From a virus, in IMG/VR virus record IMGVR_UViG_3300045988_033265, positions 1 to 42,797 of that record: a stretch of DNA of 42,797 nt; one strand, given 5' to 3'. Made by a program: the position numbers and the translations under genes. The notes under the pieces were generated by a model, which worked only from the letters and a program-made list of their open reading frames with translations, was not told the origin of the DNA and ran no database searches. The first letter of the stretch is position 1. Each line of letters begins with the position of its first letter. This document shows, one piece after another, positions 30,909 through 40,807 of the stretch.

Positions 30909-32882
30909 GTGATAGCTTTGGCAGATGGTGAAATCGTAATTGACGCTACAATCAGCGACAAAAAACTACACTCTGACCTGAACAAGGTTAAGTCAAATAT
31001 TGCATCTTTGCAGAAGGAGTTCAACAAGCTTGGAAGTCAAAAAACGCCGATGGAAGAGCAACTTCGCACCATTGGCGCGGAGCTTGACAACGCAAAAGCG
31101 ATCCTTGCGGAAATGCGCAGCGCCCCCAAAGGCACATACGAAAAAACGGACGTATCCGAACAGGCAGAGCGCGTGAGGCTGCTCCAAAGTGAATTCAACA
31201 AGACCGCAAGTGAGGTTGAAAAGCTGAATAGTAAGCTCACCAACACAAGTGAAAAAATCTCAGATGCAAAGACGCAGGCAGCAGACCTCGCGCAGCAGAT
31301 TGAGGGCCGCAATAAAGGCGCTGGCATCCGTGCAGCGACAGAAGCAGCTTCAAAGAGCATGGACAACTTTGGAAAACGCATTAGCTCAGTCGTTCGCAGC
31401 GCTCTTGTATTTACTGCTATCACTCAGGCGCTTGCCAAAGTGCGAGAGTGGGTGAAAAGCGTTGTGATGACCAACTCGGAAACGAGGGAATCTATTGCAC
31501 AGATGAAAGGCGCGTTGCTGACATTGGCGCAGCCGCTTGTAAGTGTTGTGGTTCCTGCATTTACAATGCTTGTGCGCGTAATCACGGCGGTCATCAATCA
31601 AATCTCCCGTCTTGTGGCGCTCATCTCCGGTAAAAGCGTCAAGGCATCTGCGAACGCTGCAAAGTCCTTAAACAAGGAGACCAAAGCACTAAAAGGGACT
31701 GGCGGCGCTGCAAAAAAGGCAGCAAGCGACCTTGCGGCCTTCGATGAGATCAACCAGTTATCCGGTGATACCGCTGACAGTGCGGGCGGCGGTGGCGTAA
31801 GCGCAGATGATATCACCCCAGATTTCAGCTATATGGACGAAATCAGCGACAAACTAAAGAAAATCGCCGATGCGGTCATGCTGATCGCAGCAGGCCTTGC
31901 GCTGTGGAAGCTCGGCAGCTCGCTTCCCGGAGCATTGGGGAAGATTTTGACCAAGCTCGGCGGTATCCTCATCGCGGTCGGCGGGTTAATCCTTCTATGG
32001 GAAAGTCTGTCTGACGCATGGAATAACGGTGTCAACTGGAAAAATCTGCTTGGGGCTCTCGCTGGTACAGCGGCGCTTGCCGGTGGTCTTGCTCTTGCGT
32101 TCGGCAAGGTAGGCGCTGGCATCGGCCTTGTCATTGCAGGCGCGGCAATGATTATTACGGCGTTTAAGGACATTTGCAATAACGGAGCAAATCTCCAAAA
32201 CACTCTGATGCTGATTTCCGGAATTGTAGCCACTGGACTGGGCTTCTTTTTCTTGACCGGAAGCGTCATTCCTCTGGCAATCGCAGGGATTGCCTCCATT
32301 CTTGTAGCGATGATGAAGCTAACTGGGAACTTAGAAGAGTTTGCAAAAAACCTCAAAGAGAACATTCTCGGCGGAATCATTCAGTTTATTAAAGGCGTAT
32401 TTACTGGTGACCTCAAGATGGCTTTTGATGGGGTGAAAAAAGTGGCAAAGGGGATCGTCAACGGCATTCTGATTATTGTTGAAAGTTTTATCAACAATAT
32501 TATCCGAGGGTTGAATTGGCTTATCACAAAAATCAATTCTATTCGCCTCAAAGTTCCGGACTGGGTTCCGGGAGTTGGCGGGAAGGGTTGGTCACCTCAT
32601 ATTGGGCAAATGTCCAGCATTACTTTGCCGCGTTTGGCGACCGGAGCGGTTATCCCCCCCAACAAAGAATTTCTTGCCGTACTGGGCGATCAGAAAAGCG
32701 GGACGAACATTGAAACGCCGCTTGCAACAATGGTTGACGCATTTAAGCAGGCTATGGCGGAATCCGGCGGCGGTGCAACAACGGTCGTTATCCAGCTCGA
32801 CGGTAAGGAGATCGCACGCAGCACCGTGAAGAATATTAACAACATGACACGCGCGGCGGGTAAGCCCGTGCTGCTGTACTAA
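30909..32882 (+). CDS. Tape measure protein
   Basis: 657 aa. Coiled-coil N-terminus and a Gly/Ala-rich hydrophobic centre. Position fits. Confidence 0.85.
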   Translation: MIALADGEIVIDATISDKKLHSDLNKVKSNIASLQKEFNKLGSQKTPMEEQLRTIGAELDNAKAILAEMRSAPKGTYEKTDVSEQAERVRLLQSEFNKTASEVEKLNSKLTNTSEKISDAKTQAADLAQQIEGRNKGAGIRAATEAASKSMDNFGKRISSVVRSALVFTAITQALAKVREWVKSVVMTNSETRESIAQMKGALLTLAQPLVSVVVPAFTMLVRVITAVINQISRLVALISGKSVKASANAAKSLNKETKALKGTGGAAKKAASDLAAFDEINQLSGDTADSAGGGGVSADDITPDFSYMDEISDKLKKIADAVMLIAAGLALWKLGSSLPGALGKILTKLGGILIAVGGLILLWESLSDAWNNGVNWKNLLGALAGTAALAGGLALAFGKVGAGIGLVIAGAAMIITAFKDICNNGANLQNTLMLISGIVATGLGFFFLTGSVIPLAIAGIASILVAMMKLTGNLEEFAKNLKENILGGIIQFIKGVFTGDLKMAFDGVKKVAKGIVNGILIIVESFINNIIRGLNWLITKINSIRLKVPDWVPGVGGKGWSPHIGQMSSITLPRLATGAVIPPNKEFLAVLGDQKSGTNIETPLATMVDAFKQAMAESGGGATTVVIQLDGKEIARSTVKNINNMTRAAGKPVLLY

Positions 32883-32893
32883 GGAGGGATAAC

Positions 32894-33253
32894 ATGGAAG
32901 TCCTTATTATCAACGGCACGGACTACTCGTCTGCAATCGCAACGAAAGGTTACGGGTGGAGCAGAAACGATCTCGACAGCGACAAGACCACACGCACCAA
33001 AGATGGCAAAATGCGGCGCGACAAGATCACCACCAAGCGGAAACTGAGTTATACAACGCGCTCTGTCAAGCGTGACGTGCTGGCAAAGCTTGACGATGAT
33101 CTCAATAAGACCACCTGCACCGTGCAATACCTCGACCTGCATGGCGTGAGAACCAGCACGTTTTATTGCTCGTCGATGGAATGCACGCTCGAAGAAGCGG
33201 CAGACGATAACGAGGTGTGGGGCGGCGCGACGTTTAATTTGATCGAGGTGTAA
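32894..33253 (+). CDS. Tail protein (small, distal-tail position)
   Basis: Called from synteny. Confidence 0.5.
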   Translation: MEVLIINGTDYSSAIATKGYGWSRNDLDSDKTTRTKDGKMRRDKITTKRKLSYTTRSVKRDVLAKLDDDLNKTTCTVQYLDLHGVRTSTFYCSSMECTLEEAADDNEVWGGATFNLIEV

Positions 33254-33254
33254 C

Positions 33255-33932
33255 ATGGGGCAGACAACAAGTGCGCTGTGGCATGATTTGCTCCACAAGC
33301 CAGGGACGGAGCGCGAATTCAAATTTGTCATCAATGACGTAGAGTACGGAAAAGATGCAGAGGTTTCCCACTCCGTTGAATCGCAGTTGTTTGAAGAATT
33401 TGGCATTGGAAACGCCTGTTGCGCGACGTTAAAACTTGCAGTCATTGCAGACAATATCCCGCGCGCCGCGACGATCAAGCGCTATCTCAGACTGGTAAAC
33501 GGCACTCAGGCGACCGCATGGATTCCAAAGGGCGTGTTTTTTACCAATAAGCGCTCTCGCGATGGGGATTATTGGGAAGTCGAAGCATACGACGCAATGC
33601 GCAAAGCAGATGTTGTATGGGAACCGGCTCAGTCTTTGACGTTCCCAATGGCTATGCCTGCCGCCGTGAATCTGTTTTGCCAGATGATGGGGGTAACACT
33701 GGATAAGCGAACTGCATTGAATAGCGCGTATACCATTGACTACCCCGCCAATGATTACACGGTGCGTAATGAGCTTTGCTTTATCGCTGCGGCACACGGC
33801 GGCAACTGGATTATTACAGACGCAGGGGATCTTTTGCTTGTCCCGCTTTTATCCATGCCTGCTGAAACCAATTACCTTATCACCGAGTACGGCGATGCAA
33901 TTACATTCGGGGGGGTGAGAATCCTTGTCTGA
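33255..33932 (+). CDS. Tail/baseplate protein
   Basis: Called from synteny. Confidence 0.5.
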   Translation: MGQTTSALWHDLLHKPGTEREFKFVINDVEYGKDAEVSHSVESQLFEEFGIGNACCATLKLAVIADNIPRAATIKRYLRLVNGTQATAWIPKGVFFTNKRSRDGDYWEVEAYDAMRKADVVWEPAQSLTFPMAMPAAVNLFCQMMGVTLDKRTALNSAYTIDYPANDYTVRNELCFIAAAHGGNWIITDAGDLLLVPLLSMPAETNYLITEYGDAITFGGVRILV

Positions 33933-35379
33933 TAAGTATTTTGTTGGTCAGGACATGACCAGCTTTTCCGACAATGGCCAATACAAGCCCATTTCCCGCG
34001 TGACGCTTTTGCTCGACGATGAGAAGAGTTTGACCGCTGGCGATGATACCGGCATGGAGATCACTGCAAGCTGCCCTCATGCAACACAAGCGATGGTAAA
34101 CGCCTTGCTACAGAAAATAAAAGGGTATCGGTATCAAGCGTATGAAGCTGGCGCGGCTAACATCGACCCCGCCGCGGAGCTTGGCGACGGTGTGAATGTC
34201 GGTGGGGTCTATTCTCCACTCTCTCGCATCGCTGATGATGGGAGAGGGTACGCAGACATTTCTTCCCCCGGCGAGTTGGAGATGGACGACGAATACCCGT
34301 CTGGCGGCTACATCAAGCAGGAGTTTGACCGGAAACTCGCTCAAACGCGCTCTCTTATCACCAAAACGAGCGAAGAGATCGACCTCCGCGTGGAGGGCAT
34401 CAGCGGCGATGTATCGTCCCTGCGCGTGTCCCTTGGCAACGTGCAATCTGAGGTCAGCGGAAAAATTGACGGCAGCACGGCACAAAGTCTTATCGACCAG
34501 AGCATCAACAAAATCGAGCTAAGCGTGTCCAGCGGCAGCGGCGGCAGCACGTTTACTCTCAAGGCAGGAAGCACCGAACTGAGCACAAACACGCTTGATT
34601 TACACGTCAATGCTGTCAACATTGACGGTACGCTCAAGGCAAGCCAGATCCAGACGGGCAGCATTTACGTTGGTGACCTTGCAGATGGATCGAAATACGC
34701 AACTAAGACGTATGTGAACGACAACGCGGGTCTGAGCTCAAGTGAAGTTGATGACCGTATCGACACCTACATCGACAGTACCAGTATTACCGCTGAAACG
34801 TTGCGCGGACGAACAGTCTCTCTTATGGCGAACCGCAGAACTGAAATCGGGACTATCGAGCTGGTAGATACCACTACTGGCTACGGAATCAGCATCAGTA
34901 CGTATGACGGCGGGATTCAGCTCGATTCCGGTGGTAATGTGTACATCACCAGCGCATATAGGACGAGACTCCAATTAGACGACGATGCGGCCAAAATTGG
35001 CCCGACTGTATGGGCGACTGACGGAACGGTCATTTACAGCTCTGACAAAAACGTGAAAAACAGTATCGAATATGACTTGTCCCGGTATCGTCAATTTCTG
35101 CTCGACCTCAAGCCTTGCCGTTTTAAATACAACGAGGGGCAAAGCGGACGATACCATATCGGTATGATCGCGCAGGATATGGAGCAAAGCCTTGCTGACA
35201 ACGGCATAGCTGCATCTGAGTTTTCCGGTTGGTGCAAAATGCCGATACGAGACGAAAATCACAATATCACAGGCTACACCTATGGTATCCGCTACGATAG
35301 CCTGATCCCCCTAAACACGTTGATGATTCAAGAGCTCGTGAAAAGGGTGGAAGCCTTGGAGAAAAGGAGCTGGTTTTAA
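33925..35379 (+). CDS. Tail fibre/spike with a C-terminal Peptidase_S74 intramolecular-chaperone domain
   Basis: SSDKNVKNSIEYDL...LKPCRFKYN...YHIGMIAQDME...YGIRYDSL pattern. TTG start. Confidence 0.75.
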   Translation: MSDKYFVGQDMTSFSDNGQYKPISRVTLLLDDEKSLTAGDDTGMEITASCPHATQAMVNALLQKIKGYRYQAYEAGAANIDPAAELGDGVNVGGVYSPLSRIADDGRGYADISSPGELEMDDEYPSGGYIKQEFDRKLAQTRSLITKTSEEIDLRVEGISGDVSSLRVSLGNVQSEVSGKIDGSTAQSLIDQSINKIELSVSSGSGGSTFTLKAGSTELSTNTLDLHVNAVNIDGTLKASQIQTGSIYVGDLADGSKYATKTYVNDNAGLSSSEVDDRIDTYIDSTSITAETLRGRTVSLMANRRTEIGTIELVDTTTGYGISISTYDGGIQLDSGGNVYITSAYRTRLQLDDDAAKIGPTVWATDGTVIYSSDKNVKNSIEYDLSRYRQFLLDLKPCRFKYNEGQSGRYHIGMIAQDMEQSLADNGIAASEFSGWCKMPIRDENHNITGYTYGIRYDSLIPLNTLMIQELVKRVEALEKRSWF

Positions 35380-35585
35380 TGGATAAGGAAAAACTCAAAA
35401 AGCAGATCGATGGTGCTTACAGCATGATTACAGGCGTCTATGTTAAGGGCGCGGACGCCAAGCGCGTGGCAATGGCAATGCAGCACCTTGAAAACGCCTT
35501 TGCTGAGCTGGACAAGCCGGACGAGCCGCCCGCCAAAGAGGGCAAGACGAAGCTCGAGAAGGAAAGCGAGGTAGCCGATGGCTGA
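35379..35585 (+). CDS. Hypothetical small protein
   Basis: TAATG overlap with the previous gene. Confidence 0.5.
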   Translation: MDKEKLKKQIDGAYSMITGVYVKGADAKRVAMAMQHLENAFAELDKPDEPPAKEGKTKLEKESEVADG

Positions 35586-37191
35586 TAAAGCAATTTCCGA
35601 CCTTACCCAAGCGGTACAGATTACCAACGAAGATCTTTTCGTGCTTGAGCAGAGCGGCGAGGCAAAAAAGCTGAAAGGCTCGCAAGTCGTGCAGTATGCC
35701 AAGGATTCTGTCGCGGCAGAGGTGCAGGGCGTGAAGGAATACGCTGACACCGCTAAGGCATCGGCTGATGCGGCGGCAAAAGACGCAACCAGAGCGGAGA
35801 CCGCTGCACAGGGCATCGACGATAAGGTCGCTGCGGCTGATGCGTCCGCAAAGGCGGCGGCATCTTCTGCGGCTGCGGCTGCTGCATCTGCGACCGGTGT
35901 TGACGAGAAGGTACAGGCCGCGCAGACTGCGGCAACTAATGCCGCAAAGTCTGAGACGGCGGCAAAGGCCGCACAGACCGCTGCCACCAACGCGCAGAAA
36001 TCGGCGGAGAGTGCGCAGACCGGCGCACAGAACGCTAAAACGGCGGCGGAATCGGCACAGGAAGCCGCTGAAAGCGCAAAGGACGCGGCGGCGGGTAGTT
36101 CGACCGCTGCGGGGCAGAAAGCGACACAGGCCGCTCAGAGCGCCGAGGACGCTGCCTCCGCCAAGTCTGCGGCAGAGACGGCAAAAACCGATGCACAGGC
36201 GGCGCGCGATTCCATCGTCAACATGATCGTCGAGGCGGTGACCCTTGCAAGCGGTTCCGACGCGACGGTAAGCAAGAGCGTTGTTGACAACGTATTTAAG
36301 CTTGTGTTTGGCATTCCGCGCGGCAATCCCGGTGCAGATGCGCCTACTATCACAAGCATCACGATCCGGCAGACAGACTATCACATGATCGTGTCCCTCT
36401 CTGATGGCACAACGTATGATGCAGGCTATTGCCGTGGCGCTGCCGGTGCTGGCTCGGGTGATATGCTTGCCGCAGTGTACGACCCACAGGGCAAACAGTT
36501 GGATATTTACAAATACGTCGATGACGCGTTTTCTAACATTCCCGCCGGCAACGTTAAATTTGCCGATGGCACAACGTTCCAGCAGAAACTTGACAGCGGC
36601 GCGCTTAAAGGAGACCCGGGGAAAGATGGTGCCCCTGGTGAGAAGGGCGATCCCGGCGAGAAGGGCGCGGACGGCGCTCCCGGCAAGGACGGAGCCAAGG
36701 GAGACAAGGGAGACACCGGCGATCAGGGGCCGCAGGGCTTGCAGGGCCCGAAGGGCGACACCGGCCTGCAAGGCCCGATTGGCCCACAGGGGCCGAAGGG
36801 CGACAAAGGCGACACCGGCCCCGCAGGCCCCGTCAACGTCCCCGCCACCACCTCCCTCATCAAGGGCGACGGCTCGGGCGGATTGGCGGCGGCGACGGCA
36901 GACGTGGACTACGCGATGGTGCCTCACACGCGCAAGGTGACGCTGACCGTCTCGGGCTGGAACAGCAGCACCAAGCAGCAGACAGTGACGTGCAGAGGCG
37001 TGCTCTCGGACGCGACAAAGCAGCTGCTGATTCCCACGCCCGTTAACACGGCGGCGGGGAGCCCATACGACGAGGCGGGCATTCAGATGGTTGCACAGGG
37101 TGCGGACAGCGTAACATTCTACGCCGACACCGTGCCGACGGTGATCATTGGGGTCTATGTGACCATTTACCCCATCAACTATCTCGGGTAA
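35578..37191 (+). CDS. Tail fibre with an Ala-rich coiled coil and a collagen-like (G-X-Y)24 segment
   Basis: 24 uninterrupted G-X-Y triplets at 36610-36831. Long AAxxA-rich region at 35750-36210. Confidence 0.8.
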   Translation: MADKAISDLTQAVQITNEDLFVLEQSGEAKKLKGSQVVQYAKDSVAAEVQGVKEYADTAKASADAAAKDATRAETAAQGIDDKVAAADASAKAAASSAAAAAASATGVDEKVQAAQTAATNAAKSETAAKAAQTAATNAQKSAESAQTGAQNAKTAAESAQEAAESAKDAAAGSSTAAGQKATQAAQSAEDAASAKSAAETAKTDAQAARDSIVNMIVEAVTLASGSDATVSKSVVDNVFKLVFGIPRGNPGADAPTITSITIRQTDYHMIVSLSDGTTYDAGYCRGAAGAGSGDMLAAVYDPQGKQLDIYKYVDDAFSNIPAGNVKFADGTTFQQKLDSGALKGDPGKDGAPGEKGDPGEKGADGAPGKDGAKGDKGDTGDQGPQGLQGPKGDTGLQGPIGPQGPKGDKGDTGPAGPVNVPATTSLIKGDGSGGLAAATADVDYAMVPHTRKVTLTVSGWNSSTKQQTVTCRGVLSDATKQLLIPTPVNTAAGSPYDEAGIQMVAQGADSVTFYADTVPTVIIGVYVTIYPINYLG

Positions 37192-37203
37192 GGGGGCAAG
37201 GAC

Positions 37204-37527
37204 ATGATCTATAACATGAGACGGCGGAAAAAGAAAGTAAGTCTGAAATGGTATTTCAATTCACGACTAAGCATTCTGGAGGATCGCACATATACTGCAA
37301 ATTTTACATCTAATGGAAGAACATTTATCGAGCTAATCACTGATACATCTTCCTGGTCGGGGGGATTTGCATACGGTTTTTATGCGTATGGTGGCAATAG
37401 AAAGGATATTGTCTATAGTACCAAGACACGCACATGGAAAGCCGAAGCGTATCGAACCGTCGAATTTGACGAAGCACCCACCGGCGAGCTGCTGGCGTTC
37501 CTGCAAGCTAACGCCACACCGCTATGA
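37204..37527 (+). CDS. Hypothetical protein (AT-richer)
   Basis: 107-aa ORF after the fibre gene. Confidence 0.5.
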   Translation: MIYNMRRRKKKVSLKWYFNSRLSILEDRTYTANFTSNGRTFIELITDTSSWSGGFAYGFYAYGGNRKDIVYSTKTRTWKAEAYRTVEFDEAPTGELLAFLQANATPL

Positions 37528-37540
37528 GAAAGGAGCACAC

Positions 37541-38332
37541 ATGAGCACTGTTCTGAAAGCAAATAACACCGAAACGCCGTGCGAGGCGGCGGAACACTAC
37601 CGCGACAGCGCGTGGGGACGCTCCACCTGCACTGTGACGATCAAGGGCAGCGCGGCAGACATCGCCGCCCTGCTGCCAAACGGCGCGGCGTGGTCGCTCA
37701 TTGAGCGCGAGGACGTGCTGGACGAGAGCGGCATGCCCACGGGGCAGACCGTCGACCACGAGCGCGATATGAGCGAGTACAGCATCAGCGGCGACATCAC
37801 CGACCACCGCGACGGCACGGTCAGTATCAAGATGGGCAAGCCCACGGAAACCGAAAGCGCCAAAGCGACCGTCACCGCCCTTGCGGGTGAACCGGTCACA
37901 TACGCCCGCGCGGTGAAGCTGCGCCCCATTATCGAACGGGCAGCGGTCAGCCTGAGCGACGGCGAGGCGGCGACTGTGCCCGAGCTCATCACGGCATGGG
38001 CGTATCCTGTTGCTTACGCGGAGGGCGACCGCAGGAGCTACGGCGGCAAGGTGTACAAGGTACGCCCCGGTAAGGGTCATACCTCGCAGGCCAACTGGAC
38101 GCCGGAAAAGACGCCGAATCTGTGGGCGGTCATCGACGCCGAGCACGCGGGCACGCAGAATGACCCCATACCCGCAGCGCGCGGCATGGAATACGAGTAC
38201 GGCAAGTATTACCTCGACGGCGAGGACGGCAAGGTGTACCTCTGCGAGCGCACGGGCGAGCAGGCAGGCGGCAAGATCACGCTGCAATATCTGCCGCATG
38301 AGCTGGTGGGGAATTATTTTAAGGCGGTGTAA
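37541..38332 (+). CDS. Protein with a CBM5/12-like carbohydrate-binding motif
   Basis: SD AAAGGAG. YGGKVYKVRPGKGHTSQANWTPEKTPNLWAVI resembles the CBM5_12 core. Confidence 0.6.
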   Translation: MSTVLKANNTETPCEAAEHYRDSAWGRSTCTVTIKGSAADIAALLPNGAAWSLIEREDVLDESGMPTGQTVDHERDMSEYSISGDITDHRDGTVSIKMGKPTETESAKATVTALAGEPVTYARAVKLRPIIERAAVSLSDGEAATVPELITAWAYPVAYAEGDRRSYGGKVYKVRPGKGHTSQANWTPEKTPNLWAVIDAEHAGTQNDPIPAARGMEYEYGKYYLDGEDGKVYLCERTGEQAGGKITLQYLPHELVGNYFKAV

Positions 38333-38356
38333 TACGCCGCAGAAAGGGAGCGGGAT

Positions 38357-38662
38357 ATGGAAGATTTGGCAAGGGTCGCGTCGGCGTGCTCAGAGATCAC
38401 GGTTATTCTCGGCGCGCTGGCGCTGCTCATCAAGCCGCTGCGCAACAAAGTCCTCGGCCTTGACAAGCTGGTGGATGCGCTCAAGTGCGAGCTGCGGCAC
38501 GATATGCTGCATACATACTACCGGCATAAAGAGGACAAATTCATTCGGCAGTACGAGCTTGAGGACTTTTTGTACCTTTACAGGGGCTATAAGGCGCTGG
38601 GCGGCAACAGCTTTATTGACAAGATTAAGTCCGAGATCGACGAGTGGGAGGTCAGGACGTGA
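38357..38662 (+). CDS. Hypothetical protein with an N-terminal TM segment (lysis-module associated)
   Basis: 101 aa, immediately upstream of the holin candidates. Confidence 0.55.
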   Translation: MEDLARVASACSEITVILGALALLIKPLRNKVLGLDKLVDALKCELRHDMLHTYYRHKEDKFIRQYELEDFLYLYRGYKALGGNSFIDKIKSEIDEWEVRT

Positions 38663-38895
38663 AGCGCACAAAGAAGCTCAAAACACGCAACCGTATCCTC
38701 TGCGCGGTTGCTGCGTTTATGAGCGTGTTCATCGTGTATACCGTCGTGTTCTACAGCATCAAGGGGTGGCAGTGGGATTCCATGTTTCCCTATGTGCTGG
38801 GAGTGGGCGGCATTGTAGACGTGATGACGGCGGGCGTCGCCATCGCGGACAAACTATCGGGACGAAAGGAGAAAAACAATGGAACTAATCCATAA
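38659..38895 (+). CDS. Holin candidate (2 TM)
   Basis: GTGA overlap with the previous gene. Basic N-terminus and two hydrophobic segments. Confidence 0.55.
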   Translation: MKRTKKLKTRNRILCAVAAFMSVFIVYTVVFYSIKGWQWDSMFPYVLGVGGIVDVMTAGVAIADKLSGRKEKNNGTNP

Positions 38896-39094
38896 GAGAC
38901 TGGCAAATCTCATGAGCGTCAAGAGCATCGTGACGCTGGTGCTGACGGGCGTATTTGCGTACATGGCGATCACGGGCAACATTTCGCAGGACTTTATGAC
39001 GATCTATGCAGTTATCATCGCGTTCTACTTCGGCACGCAGAGCCAGAAGGTGCAGGACGCGGTGGGAGGTGACAACAATGTATCACAGCCGTGA
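38879..39094 (+). CDS. Holin candidate (2 TM)
   Basis: 71 aa, two TM segments and a polar tail. Directly before the endolysin. Confidence 0.6.
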   Translation: MELIHKRLANLMSVKSIVTLVLTGVFAYMAITGNISQDFMTIYAVIIAFYFGTQSQKVQDAVGGDNNVSQP

Positions 39095-39686
39095 CATTGC
39101 CGACCTGCGCGCCGACGTGCGGGCAAACTGCGTCATCTTCCTCGACCTCTGCAAGGAGGCGGGGCTTCCGGTGCTTGTGACGGAGACGGTGCGTGATGAC
39201 GAGTATCAGCGCTATCTTGCGCGCATGGGCTACGCGGCCAAAAACGCGACGCGCCCGACGTTCCACTCCGTCAAGGCGGGGCTGGCGTTTGATATCTGCA
39301 AAAACGTCAAGGGGCATGAGTACGACGATCCGTCGTTCTTTGCCCGCTGCGGGCAGATCGGCAAGCAGGTTGGCTTTTCGTGGGGCGGCGATTGGAAGAA
39401 ATTCCCGGACAAGCCCCACTTCCAGTGGGACGATCACGGGAGATACGGAGGCAGTTCTATCTTGGTGGGACACTACCCGCCGGAAATGGAGGAATACATG
39501 ACACCAACCGAATTCAACAAGATGATGGACGCTTACCTTGCGCAGCTCGGCACGAAGCCCGTGGCAACTTGGGCAAAGGCAGACTGGGACAAGGCTGCCT
39601 TTGAAGGCATCACGGACGGCAGCGCGCCGCAGAGACTGATCACGCGGCAAGAAGTCGTGACGATGATCCAGAGAGCGACAAAATAA
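39078..39686 (+). CDS. Endolysin, peptidase M15 (VanY-like) with a C-terminal SLH-like wall-binding segment
   Basis: FHSVKAGLAFD (H..D) and SWGGDWKKFPDKPHFQW motifs. SD GGGAGGTG. Confidence 0.8.
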   Translation: MYHSRDIADLRADVRANCVIFLDLCKEAGLPVLVTETVRDDEYQRYLARMGYAAKNATRPTFHSVKAGLAFDICKNVKGHEYDDPSFFARCGQIGKQVGFSWGGDWKKFPDKPHFQWDDHGRYGGSSILVGHYPPEMEEYMTPTEFNKMMDAYLAQLGTKPVATWAKADWDKAAFEGITDGSAPQRLITRQEVVTMIQRATK

Positions 39687-39763
39687 CGGTGTCCTAATCG
39701 GGCACAGGAAGGAGCGGGCGGCGAAAGCCACGCGAAAGCGCTCTGCAACGTCCCACACGGGGC

Positions 39764-40009
39764 ATGGACGGTCAGCACAAGCGTATCCGGGCGGAGTTAT
39801 CCGCAATGGCTCCACGGCGAGCCGTCGAATATATCTTATCCTTCGAGCTGCCAGCGGACGAGGCGGCGTGCATCATTGAGTGCGACGTGCGGCGCAAGAG
39901 CTACGCGCAAGTGTGCGAGGCACTGCACCTGTCGCCGGAGGCGGTCAACCGCTGCCGCAGGCGGGCATACCAAAAAATAGCAGACGGGCAAAGAGAGCAC
40001 CGAGGTTAA
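39764..40009 (+). CDS. Sigma-70 region-4-like small HTH protein
   Basis: SYAQVCEALHLSPEAVNRCRRRAYQKI. Weak SD, so the start is uncertain. Confidence 0.5.
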   Translation: MDGQHKRIRAELSAMAPRRAVEYILSFELPADEAACIIECDVRRKSYAQVCEALHLSPEAVNRCRRRAYQKIADGQREHRG

Positions 40010-40030
40010 TCGGTGCTCTCTTTTTTGTTT
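39992..40030. terminator. Bidirectional terminator shared by convergent genes
   Basis: AGAGAGCACCG (39992-40002) pairs with CGGTGCTCTCT (40011-40021). Followed by TTTTTGTTTT. Both stop codons lie in the loop. Confidence 0.75.
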
Positions 40031-40515
40031 TCCACTGCCGCAAGCGTCCAGCCCTTATAGGTTGACACGGTGTACGGGGCCCCGTTTTTTCGGCGTAGTT
40101 TGCCCTCCATCGACCGCTTGAGCTGGCGGAAGCCGGCGGCGATCCTCTCGGCATTCTCGTCGGTCGGCTCCACGTCAAAACAATCGGCGGCATGCTCCCT
40201 CGCCCAGTCCAACAGATTGACCGCGACGACAGGATCCCCTTCCGGCGAGCGCAGGTGCCAGATCTTGGCGCTGCGGTTTTGCGGTCCGCGCTGCCCTCCC
40301 GGCAGAGCCATAGCGGCAGCCGTGCCGTGGGCAAGGTTTCCGGTTTTCTTCGCTGCCGCAGCGGCGTTTTGCTTGGCGGCGGCGCTCCAAGTGTTGTGTC
40401 GTCCCTTGTGCTGTCTGCTGCGCCATACGGCGGAGCAAACCGGTGAGCAAGTGCGCTTGTTGTTGGACGGCGGCGTAGAAAAATCCGCGCCGCAGACCAC
40501 ACAGTGCCGGATCAT
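40006..40515 (-). CDS. Zinc-finger protein (CxxC...CxxxC N-terminus), function unknown
   Basis: ATGA overlap with the upstream XRE gene at 40512-40515. The track ORF upstream of M58 is an out-of-frame overlap with that XRE gene. Confidence 0.6.
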   Translation of the reverse strand: MIRHCVVCGADFSTPPSNNKRTCSPVCSAVWRSRQHKGRHNTWSAAAKQNAAAAAKKTGNLAHGTAAAMALPGGQRGPQNRSAKIWHLRSPEGDPVVAVNLLDWAREHAADCFDVEPTDENAERIAAGFRQLKRSMEGKLRRKNGAPYTVSTYKGWTLAAVENKKESTD

Positions 40516-40793
40516 AACAGCTCCCGCACGTCCACGCCCAGCGCGTCGGCAATGGCAAGCAGATTTTTGGCGGTCAGGTTGCCCGCCTCCGCCTCGCCCA
40601 GCTCCACGCGCTGGATCTGGCGGATATTGACGCCGGACTTTTTGGCCAGCTCGGCCTGCGTCATGTTCGCCATGCGGCGCGACCACTCCAGCTTGGTGAT
40701 CGGGCGGTTATGGCAGTCTCTGCCGTAGTTGACCATCGAGCACACGGTGCAGTCCCCGTCCTCGCGCTGACAGTCGTTGTACTTCCTCCGCAT
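40512..40793 (-). CDS. XRE-family HTH protein with a Cys-rich N-terminal extension
   Basis: MTQAELAKKSGVNIRQIQRVELG. N-terminus has C..C..C...C. Confidence 0.75.
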   Translation of the reverse strand: MRRKYNDCQREDGDCTVCSMVNYGRDCHNRPITKLEWSRRMANMTQAELAKKSGVNIRQIQRVELGEAEAGNLTAKNLLAIADALGVDVRELL

Positions 40794-40807
40794 CTTATCT
40801 CCTCCTC

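Noticed and set aside
35443-36927. 494-aa - strand ORF and several Arg/Pro-rich + strand alternate-frame ORFs across the tail-fibre gene
   Set aside because: They are by-products of the Ala-rich and collagen-like repeats (GCN/GGN codons keep other frames open). No SD and no recognisable domains.
38010-38888. 292-aa Arg-rich + strand ORF spanning the CBM protein and holin region
   Set aside because: It runs out of frame across three better-supported genes. The composition (R/S/T/A-rich) is typical of an off-frame read.
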